A stretch of 64,000 nucleotides of DNA from Tubiluchus corallicola (Eukaryota > Animalia > Priapulida), in the NCBI GenBank assembly GCA_030141605.1, contig JAQGDQ010000073.1, positions 186,001 to 250,000 of the forward strand, read 5' to 3'. The stretch's first letter is position 1. The number at the start of each line of letters is the position of its first letter. Position numbers and translations under genes: made by a program. The notes under the pieces are model-generated. The model made no database searches and was not told the origin of the DNA. It saw only the letters and a program-made list of their open reading frames with translations. Below, one piece after another: positions 54,601-64,000 of this stretch.

Positions 54601-57129
54601 CACTTTAAAAGTACAAGCGGATAAAAGGATTTTTAAGATTTACTGATTAACCTTAAAATCGACAGATTCTGCAGCACGAAAAGTGGAGTTTGTAGCTTTT
54701 TGCTAATGAATTAGCAAAATTTAATTAAATGTAAAAGTTTCAAGCTATATGTTTGAATTTGTTCGTGATACTTGCCAAAGTAATGGTGGTCTACTGAAGA
54801 AACGAAATCTAGAGGACAGTTCTTAAAACTGTTAAACTTTGACAATACGTACAAACTAGGTCCTGCCAGAACTGCCTACATTAAGAGTGCCAAACTAAAA
54901 AAACTTTTCAAAAAAATGCATTGACTGCAAATAGCTAAGACACTATGAGGATTCCATGTGTTTTATAATTGTAACAAAACCAAATACTTATAGACCTACT
55001 TCCTGTAGATGGTAGGTATACAAACAATTAGTTTTACCATAATCAGCAAGAATTGCATTATCACAAGGACATGGTAGCACAATTGTGTTAATTTTAACAG
55101 TTTTGAAAGCTGTCCAAAATAACACAACTTCATACTGTCGTTTCACTCGATAGATGCCATTATTTTCACTTTTACCTAACTCAGCATTATTAGATAAGTC
55201 ATCCAAGTGATTAAGCTCTTTCAGCTCGTCTGTAACATTTCTTTGATAGATTGCAGCATCTACTTGGTAATTAGGTTTGGGGTTTGGTGAGGAGAAAACA
55301 AGACTTCGCTTTGATTTCAAGTTCGAACACTGTTGCTGTTTAGCTGATTCTGGAATAAAAAGTTTAAAAAAGCATACATATGGTCACATGGTAAACTGTC
55401 GCAACATGGGCCTATAACCCACATTCGATACTATCGTATTTATATACAAGTCAGGTTCAGTAGGCGTGATTTATTAACTAGTCAGCAATCTTAGACAATT
55501 TTCAAGATTTAATCATTTATAATCAGATTATAAAAATATTATATTATAACAATATAATTAGTGAATATGTGGTTTCAATATTTTCTAACTCATAGACGTT
55601 CTCGTAGAGTAGTTTTAAATAGTGTACCTACTTTCTGGAGAAATGTGACCAGTGACATTCCTAAAAGGACTGTCAGAACACTACCGTTTTCTCATTTTTA
55701 TCAATGATGTTACTGATTGTGTATCCCCTGACAAGCACCATGCCCCTAAACCTTATCATCCAATTAGAAATATCTATGATCAAGAACTATTACAAGCTGG
55801 CCTGTCTGAATTGAGCGATGATGTGATAACTGGTTAATGTCCATCAAATGCAGTAAATGCAACGCACTTCGTATTCATTCCAATTGTACAATGCTTTATT
55901 ACCTGAGAGATGGTGTCATTGAAGAAAACTCAGTTATACGGGATTTGAGAATATTAATCTCAAATAACCTGAAGTAGAACTCTCATATTATTTCTCGGGC
56001 TAACAGATACACTGGAATGATAAAGGGCTGCATTTTATTACATAGTACAAAAGTTATTGTACCTCTGTACAAAACTATAGTTCGACCAATACTTGAGTAT
56101 GCGCGTGTTGCTAGGTCACCTAGGTATGTTATGTTATGTTGCTCTAAAGAATGCTTTCGAGAGAACTCAATGGAGATGTATCGGCATGTTGGTCGGCCTC
56201 TGATATTCAACCAGACTCTGTTATAGGGCGCGGGATACGCCACTAGCCGAAGTAGGACACTTCTGCTAAAGCGGATGTGCTAAATTTGTGGAAAAGCAGT
56301 GTTGTACATGGGCAGCTCAAGTAGGGCACATGCGATTTCTGTCGAGAATCGAGAATTATGACATAATAAAACATAAAACTATATTTGTTTTAGAAAAAAG
56401 TAACTTTATAATAATGATGGATAGTCCTTGACAATTTACAAATGTATTTTTTACAATAATATCATCATTATTATTAGCTCCATTAATATGATCTAAGTAT
56501 CTAATGCTTTAAAGAGAGAAAATTTTACTAGCTCAGAATAAGATTATTTTATTTTATCAGATGTATAAATCATTCAACGTCTATTGACATTTTCAATTAT
56601 TATTATTAAATAAACAAAGACGTCAGATGATGCCAGTACGGTTAACGACTCAATTCAAGACCTGACTTTAGTCCTACCAGCGACACGTCCTACTTGGGCT
56701 AGCCTATGTATGCCAATTGTCCTCCCAGCATCTGTATCTTCTCTTAATCAATGCCATGACACTACAGATCGTATTAACTGCCATAAAGTCATCAGTGGTA
56801 ATTCAGTTTTATGTAGTGATACATTTTTTCTATATCACTATGTGATTTATGTGGTCACAACTTGGAATTCACTTAATAAAAATAATACTTTAATAGTGAA
56901 ATTCTTAAAGCCTCAAATCTAGCTTAATTTCGAAAATCGTTGAGGAGAGACCGTTAAAAATTGTGTGTGCCCAGGTCTCTTAGACTTCGCAAGTAACCAA
57001 GCAAGCAAGAATACACTCTGAAACACCTTGAAGAATTTTACCTTCATCCTCGATTTCGTTTAAAATATTTAACTCATCTTCTAGCTGCCTCTCAAACCAG
57101 TCTAAATCGTCATAGTCGCAAGTTTCCAT
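39649..57129 (-). CDS. CHTF18: Chromosome transmission fidelity protein 18 (alternative RFC clamp-loader large subunit), 14 exons, 997 aa
   Basis: Exons 57129-57042, 55349-55176, 54540-53990, 53450-53311, 49383-49260, 48331-48149, 47657-47124, 46705-46485, 44773-44662, 43931-43761, 42956-42807, 42413-42198, 40761-40606 and 39822-39649 total 2994 nt in one open frame. Motifs: LWVDKYSP, NRTLLQWLKLWD, Walker A GPPGLGKTT, EMNASDDR, Walker B IDEIDG, RPIICVCND, DFFGR, and C-terminal IWFRFKEGLNNAVRR. N-terminal exon boundaries are less certain. Confidence 0.96.
44807..45413. mobile_element. Non-autonomous DNA transposon with about 20-bp TIRs and a 3-bp TSD (superfamily uncertain)
   Basis: TATGGGCTTTACATGAAAAC ... 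GTTTTCATGTAAAAGCCATA (two mismatches), flanked by ATT on both sides. Confidence 0.75.
45710..45895. repeat. Dispersed repeat, homolog of 21365-21555
   Basis: Shares segments with the xylA intron 10 copy. It follows a TTAAAGG start at about 45576 that resembles Kolobok-type ends (not confirmed). Confidence 0.65.
48719..49012. repeat. Inverted-repeat element enclosing a tRNA-like fragment
   Basis: CTGTACAGATGCTG (48719-48732) and its exact reverse complement (48999-49012). An internal GGTTCAAATCCC B-box lies on the minus strand near 48895-48906. Confidence 0.55.
51468..51803. repeat. 169-bp direct tandem duplication
   Basis: Two near-identical units starting ACGGAAGCTTTTTTACATG at 51468 and 51637. 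Confidence 0.95.
55640..57010 (+). mobile_element. Decayed CR1/L2-type LINE, interrupted, with (GCAA)n tail
   Basis: FLIFIND, LYKTIVRPILEYA and VVTTWNSL remnants; ends TAGACTTCGCAAG...GCAAGCAAG. Confidence 0.7.
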
Positions 57130-57247
57130 TTATTTTGCGAAATTTTAGTTAAGTTTACATTCTTGGGAAATGGTTAGTTTGTTGGTAAAATTTGCAAAGC
57201 TTCAACAATTTCTGTCCAAACAGTGAAAACTAAAGCACGCATTAAAA

Positions 57248-57256
57248 TTTCCCGCC
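57248..57256. promoter_or_regulatory. E2F consensus site upstream of CHTF18
   Basis: TTTCCCGCC lies about 120 bp upstream of the CHTF18 ATG in otherwise AT-rich DNA. E2F control of replication genes is established. Confidence 0.6.
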
Positions 57257-58024
57257 ATTAGAGATAGAGAAACATATTACGACACGAAAATTTAAAGTGT
57301 GTATTACTAGATTTTCGAACGCTAAGAAATTTAATCAGCGCTATATTTGTATTAGAATGATTTTAGACAAAACCATATTTTAAATATTGTAATTATTTAT
57401 GTTTTTACAATTTACAGCACATAAAAATTTCCTTCGTACTTTTTAATAACCATTGCTCTGAAGCAAAGGGTTACGAAAGCAGGAGAGCTAGCATCCGATG
57501 ACCCGAGAGTTAAAAGTGGAAAAGTAGGGCAAAGAGCAGAGTAGAGTCAAGGATAAGTGCACTAATAGTTGCTTAATTGCGTTTTATGTTCGATATTACT
57601 AAAATATCTCTTCCATAAAGGGTTGAGCCTGCACGTATCTGAAAGGTACTTAATTCAGTTTTTAAAATTTTATTTTTATGTTTTAGCTTTTACAAACAAC
57701 AAGATAAGTGGCAGAACTATCACTAAATATAGTAGTGATTAGTAAGATGTAAGAAATGCAAAAGAAAAACTAACGTATTTTAAAAGGTCCTAGTATTTAA
57801 CCAATCATAAGGTTTTAACCAAATATAACTCGCATAACCTAAAAATGTGACCTAGGCATGTAACCTAAAAATGAACCTGGCAGTCATAGTGAACAAATGA
57901 ATAAAAATGAGCTAGATGATCTATATTAAAAATGTAAAGTTGATGGTGTTGTTGCTGAGGATGTTGAACTAATTGCTAATGAGGAAATAATGGAGGCTAC
58001 GTACAATAATTAAAAAACAGAAAA

Positions 58025-58140
58025 TCTGCTTGCTTGCGAAGTCTAAGAGACCTAACCATAACACGGTCATTGATGGTCTCCTCAACAATTTGCGAAACTG
58101 AGGCAGATTTGATGAGTCAAAAGTTTCATTATTAACTACC
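58025..58140 (-). mobile_element. 3' end of the same LINE family as 56885-57010, inverted
   Basis: The reverse complement gives AGGTCTCTTAGACTTCGCAAGCAAGCAG and TTGTTGAGGAGACC, matching the copy in CHTF18 intron 1. Confidence 0.8.
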
Positions 58141-61047
58141 TTACCTTTGATGAACGTACGAATGAAAACTGTGGGAATGAATAATATTTAAATAATCTAG
58201 TGTTTAAAATAAAAGCCCTTGCAGACGATTATGGTTTGCCCGCACCAGTGGAGAGGGGCACGAGAAATCACGAATCACATACTGACTAACATACTACAAT
58301 TATAGCTAAACCATAAGTGTTTTTCATTAACGAGCTGATATGGTCACACTGTACACTGCAAACACAAATTCAAATTTCTTTAGCGGACGGGTCCGTAAAC
58401 GTTACCATAGACATAACTTAAGTGTTGGTACTACTCAATTCATGTCAGACCATTTGTAAGACTTACTGCAAGATTGTGTTCTTGCTTCTTATATTTATGT
58501 AAAAATTCGGCATATTTTCTGTGGTTTATTCTTATACGCCAGTGGCTTAACGGTTTCTTGTAGTCTGGTAAGTATATAACAGTGATACATTTTCTGGAAT
58601 AATTAACAAATTCTTACTAAACGTGTACACATTCTTCATGTTTTTTCTGGTTTGTCTAGAAATTTCATATTGTAACTGCTGTCAGCTAGCAAGAGTTTGT
58701 GAGAATGGGCCGGGTAGGTGGGCTCAGCAATCACTGCCGATCTGTGTATTAGGTTGTTTTTTGTTCTGCTATCACACCTGTGTCCTGAATCATGCTGCTC
58801 GTTTTTCAATACTTGCTAATGATTTGGTTATGTATTGTTCATTCATGTTCGCAGTGTGACCACATGTTTTAATTTGTTCTTTTAACACTAAAAAATTAAT
58901 GCGTTTTTAGAGCTATTTCATTTTATATAAATCTCTTTTTTGCTATCATATGCTTATTACATTAAATGTAGACACTGAGCAGGCAGAATTCTAAAATAAA
59001 AGAAATCTGCCCTCAAAGTAGTAAACACAGCAGGAAACACAGCAAAAAACTAGACACTGCTATGCCAGTGGCTTATCAATACCTCTTGTCAGACTCTCTT
59101 TTTTGTAATTCTTTTTGTTTACATTAATTAATGTAATGTCCTGTACATTTCTGCTTAATTCAAATTTGACTTTTTAATGGTTTAAAGTATTCAAAGCTAT
59201 ATTTGAGTGCACGGCTGGTTACCAGGTACCTGTTTTTAGAATTCCTTCGGGCACTATTTCAAGGCTAAAGTTTATATTACATTTACATTAACTTTTAGCT
59301 AGTGACTAGTTAAGTCATTTGTAAGTGCATTTGAGTCTGTCTTTTTTAAGTTACTTCGTAGATGCTATAGTTGATATAAATTTTCTAAACGTGTTTACAG
59401 CCTTACACTAACAACTTCTCTTGAAGATTTATTGTGTTTATTAGTGGAGTAAGCTGCCTAATGAATTATTGCCAGAATCAATGATGAGACTGAAGTATAA
59501 AGGAAAAACCAACTCTCGAACAACGTTCGACGTGCTTTAATATACAATTAAAAATATTGAAATTACCGCATAATGTATTGTGTAAAACACCTTGCTTAAA
59601 AATGCAAAAGAAATTTAAATAATTCTCTAAAAACTATTTTAAAAAATGACGTAAGGTGGTGAACAGCATAAAGACACGCATAGCAAAATTTCTGTATTTG
59701 CTTGGAAGTTCCATTATACTAGCTGATTGCTTAGCGTTTAACTGTGTCTATGTAAAAATTAATCATCAGAACAGTGAGCAACAACTTTAAAGCACTTATA
59801 TGGCTTTAGTCCATAAGATTAGACTTCAAAATGCTTAATTACTATACAGTACATAATCAAATTACAGATTGTTTGTTGATGTTTACATAAGCATGCAGTC
59901 TGCAAACATAAAGTAGTTGTCTTCTGAGTTACTTAGCTTACAGCTAGTCAATGTTAGTTTGTCAAAATAATTGTTCTGTTACATTGTGAGGGCAAACTAA
60001 CCGAGTTTAAGGTTATTTTACTAGCATCAGTAACTGTTTTTCATTATATAGTGGACAACCAGATTCATCAAAGTACTCATAGTATATCTTTCAACATTTG
60101 GGATTGTTTATAGTTGATAATAGTCACTGCAGCTATAAAATTCCTTTTCTCAAGGAGTAGGGAGGGTTGGGTGTTGATACTGCACTGTAACCATGACATC
60201 TTTTTGTGTTCAAAATGAGCAAGCCCAGCATTAAATAAAACAAATCTACCTGCAAAGCAGTAAACACAGCAGTAATTGAGCAAAAAACTAGACACTAGAC
60301 ACCATTATAGTTACACAAGTAATGCTTTTGACTATAATGTAAGCAACAATTTACATAGATATCATGCCATCTCGATTTTATTATAAAATTAATGTAACTA
60401 TGTATAAAATGTTATCATAATATATTTTGCTACATTGTATTGTTGTTTGGTGTTTTCATAACAAAAATAAAAAATAAACGATCTTGACTTTAAATTGATT
60501 TTACTAATTACATGCAACACTTATCACAATTTTGTTGCTGAAATTTTCTAATATTTTTCTTAAATTGTTAACATAAGCTCATCTTCCCAAGAGCCTTTTT
60601 TCTTTAATAATGTTGCAAGAGTTATTTTTGTTAAATAATTGAGTTTACTGAAAAAACTTATAAGATGCAGGTTAAATTACATTGCATAAAATAGCCATTT
60701 GAGAATGTATAAAATTTATGTTAAAATTTAATTATTATTAAAATCTTCCAATTGGTATGAAAATAAGAGTTGTAATTAGAAATTGTTTCAGTAGTTATTA
60801 ATACACCTAGTTGAAAAGGGATATCAGGAGATAGTTCCTGTCTTGTCAGTATTTAATTAGTAACAAGAATTCTATTTTTTGGAGTTGTATTTATATTTTC
60901 AGCTTTCTGTCATTTATCCTCAGCTGCATTTTACGATGTTCGAGAAAATTTGAAACCGCACAATATGTAAATGGTATGAGCCAGTTACAGGAGCTAAACC
61001 AATTATATATGAACTAATCGTAATCATTTTGGCATTTTTCAGGAATC

Positions 61048-61994
61048 ATGTTTTCGTCACTCGCAATTAGTAGAGATCCCGACAAGATGAAGCAGGAACT
61101 GCGCCAGAAGATTACTGCTCTTGAAGAAGGAATCAAGCAGGTGCATGCTTCACGTACTGGACTGGCTCGAAATGCTAATGAGGTAAAGTCAAATATTCTT
61201 CGCTTTGATTTGTATACAGTATTTAAATTTATATAGTTTTTGCTATTGAGTGTTTTTAATGTACAATGTTTGGATGCATTGTGTTTTTTTTTCTTTTTGA
61301 CCACTGACTTAAACATGTTTTGCGTGACATGCAGCTATTGGCTCTATAGTACCTGCTGAATTTTTTGTTTGTTGATTGGATGATAATCATGTCTCATGTA
61401 ATGAACATGAAAAATGGTTGAATAGAAATACTTTGACTGACAATCTAGTCTTGATTTTGTCTCACAAAAAAAAAACTGATGGAGCAAATCGTGGTGCAGT
61501 GCAATGATGTATTATGACAAGCCTCAACAGATATCATCTATGGAAAGTTCTCTTCCACATTTCTGATAATACATTAATTAGACTAATTTAATGACACAAT
61601 GTTGTAAAAGTTCACGATACAGTCATGGTACTGGTAAGTAGTCAAACAGTTATACACGCAAAGTTATATTACATTAAATAAGATTATATCGCATGATAGC
61701 ATGCATTTTTGTATGTGTCTGTATCTCAAAGCACTTCAGGACTTTATTTCTTTTGCAGGTTCAATGGCAAGTTCGTTCAACCATGACACGACTGATGGAA
61801 ACCCTACGAAACCGTGAGTTGTGGCTTCTTGGGCAAGTAGAGAGCATCCAACATGCCAAGGAGGAGACATTGAACACACAGCTGAATAATCTCAATCAGG
61901 CTATTGGTCTTCTCCGTGCCGTCGTTCGATTTACAGAGGATGGCAATGTGGACGCTAGTCTATTGGAGGGAAAGTTGAATCAATGCTTGGAACG
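61048..61994 (+). CDS. NCOA4: Nuclear receptor coactivator 4 (ARA70 domain, ferritinophagy receptor family), first two coding exons; continues beyond window
   Basis: Exons 61048-61182 and 61759-61994 encode VQWQVRSTMTRLMETLRNRELWLLGQVESIQHAKEETLNTQ...NQCLER, matching the NCOA4 pattern LRSREVWL..QV......KEETL...CLER. A 5' UTR acceptor lies at 61041-61042, with a candidate non-coding exon donor at 58568. Confidence 0.88.
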
Positions 61995-62488
61995 GTAAAT
62001 GTTGTTTAATGTTGTAGTGTGGCAGGAGCTGATGGTGAGCTAAAGTACCACACAAAGGGAGTTTAGAGGCTGCTTAATCATTTAAGTAAATGTAGTTTTT
62101 TCACACATTTCTGTGCATATCACATTACACTGAAGAGACTTAATTTCTTGCTAAGCGTTACTACTAATGTATTGTAGCCAGATGTGTCAAATTATGCTTG
62201 CCATAGAAAATGTATAAGGCAGAACCCAAAAATCAAATGTTTTATGAGTTTTATGCCACTATGTTGTTTAATTTTCATCAAAGGTCAAATTAACTGTTCA
62301 TTGTAATGTTATTGCTGTTACTAGCTGCACAATTTGCTTGAATTTGCAGGTACAATGGCTTTTGTAGCCGTTTTAACACAAATTGCATTTGAAACTTGTT
62401 GATTTTCTTGGTAATGGTATTAGTGAAGTTAGCCTAAGCTGTTGTTACATTTTTGTCAATTGTTTTACTTCTGTTTGAGATTAGTTAC

Positions 62489-63425
62489 CTTACCTTAGAC
62501 CTTAGTCCTTCCTACGCATTGATGCACATTGGGCAGACAGCATTTTCCACTGAGTTCTATCGGCGGCTTCGTTCTCTACGTTTTCCCAACGTCTGTTGAC
62601 AGCTCGAAGGTCTTCTTTGAAGGATCTGCGCCACGTTGTTTTTGGCCGACCTCTTTTTCGTTTCCCACCAGGTGGTTCCCACTGTACTGCTGTTTTGGCG
62701 TAGCGACTTTCTGATAGATGGAGAATATGTCCAGCCAGTTTCATTCTTCTCTCTGTAACTATATCTTGTAACCGCAATGACTGCGCTCGTTGAAGAACTT
62801 CTACATTGGTGACATGGTCGCGGTAGGAGATTTTTAGTATCTTTCGAAGGCATTTTTGGTGGAAGACGTTCAGTTTCTTTGATAACTCCGCTGTGACTTT
62901 CCAGGTTTCGCTGGCATAGAGAGCCGTTGGCAGCACAATGGCGTTGTACAGACGAAGTTTGATTTTCATGTCAATTTTCTTGCTTGTCCAGATTTTTCCC
63001 ATCTTCCTAAATACTGCTGTTGCTTTGCCGATTCTCCCCCTGATGTCATTTTCTGTACCTCCATTACAGGTCATCACACTGCCCAGATATGAAAAACTGG
63101 TAACGTTCTTAACCATTTGGCCTCCCACTGTTATATGTACATCATTCTGTTGGTTTGACCACACTTTCAAAACTTTGGTCTTTTCTTGACTAATTCTCAA
63201 TCCAATTTTTCCCGCTACTTCTTCCATACTTGTGGTCAGTTGTTGCAGGCTTTCTTTTGATGTTTCCAGAAGAGCTATATCGTCGGCAAAGTCCAGATCT
63301 GCCAATCGTTCTTGTTGTTTCCATTGCATTCCTAGATCTTTACCATCAACCGCCTTGTTCATGATGAAATCAATCGTCAGTAGGAACAGGAATGGCGACA
63401 TAATGCAACCCTGCTTAACTCCAGT
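62489..63425 (-). mobile_element. Recent 5'-truncated RTE-clade LINE insertion, 937 bp
   Basis: Open RT C-terminal half (TGVKQGCIMSP, DLDFADD, YLGS, LYASETW, GKRKRGRPKTTW), a (TAAGG)-type tail, and a perfect 15-bp TSD TTTGAGATTAGTTAC (62474-62488, 63426-63440). Confidence 0.95.
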
Positions 63426-64000
63426 TTTGAGATTAGTTACAGTGTTCTTTTTCCCAACACGTAAATGCAAAGAAAGCGGCTGATTAATGCAACTTAATGC
63501 AGGAGTTTTATTAGATTTTTTAGGATTTATCTTAAGTACCACTAAAAGAAATCAGCGTAAAATAATGTGAATTGATCTGATAGCTAGCTGTGTACCAGTA
63601 GGATCAATATTTACCTATTAGTGTTTATTTATGTTAGCAGTAGCTGTTTATACAAGCCAAGCAAGCAAAACGAAACATTTGTTATTAAGTGGAAAACGGG
63701 TAGCAAAAGTTCAACTAATTTATCCTTGAATTAATAATTGTTAAGTAAGACTTACTATATCGCTTTTGGCTATTTAGAAATTATTTTGAATTAATTTAGT
63801 ATGTTTATTGCATTCAGTTCTGATGAGTTTAATGGCTAATGGCTTCACTTCAAAGGGAAACAAAAAAATTGCCTTTCAAATCGTTGTAGGCTGAGACAAA
63901 AGTTTTTCGATGTCTTTTCACTTACTCCTGTGTTAGCTTCTCATTCAGAATTGGGAAGACACAGGCTGGTTGAATAAATGTTGGAGTTATTTATTCTAAG

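Noticed and set aside
58530-58555. Iron-responsive element in the NCOA4 5' region (CAGTG loop)
   Set aside because: There is no 5-bp upper stem and no bulged C at the required position.
63426-63542. N-terminal part of the 346-aa RT ORF
   Set aside because: It comprises the TSD and host intron sequence beyond it, and is open by chance.

Overview
AT-rich, intron-rich animal (probably invertebrate) genomic DNA. I reconstructed five spliced genes by hand from GT-AG boundaries and reading-frame phase. They are the 5' part of mitochondrial ATP synthase gamma (ATP5F1C, minus), a complete 12-exon class II xylose isomerase (plus, 439 aa), a complete low-specificity L-threonine aldolase (minus, 431 aa), a complete 14-exon CHTF18 (minus, 997 aa) and the 5' part of NCOA4 (plus). 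Introns and intergenic DNA carry many transposons: a near-intact 4 kb two-ORF LINE (Proto2-like), a very young 5'-truncated RTE insertion with a 15-bp TSD, pogo/Tigger and hAT non-autonomous elements (one nested inside another), and decayed CR1/L2/RTE and tRNA-derived fragments. The most intriguing signal is the LINE ORF1/ORF2 junction. An in-frame HIV-type U_UUU_UUA slippery heptamer sits directly on an AUGA stop/start overlap, and ORF2 is otherwise open except for one amber codon at a probable Trp position. All identifications come from motif recognition, with no database searches, and the species cannot be determined.
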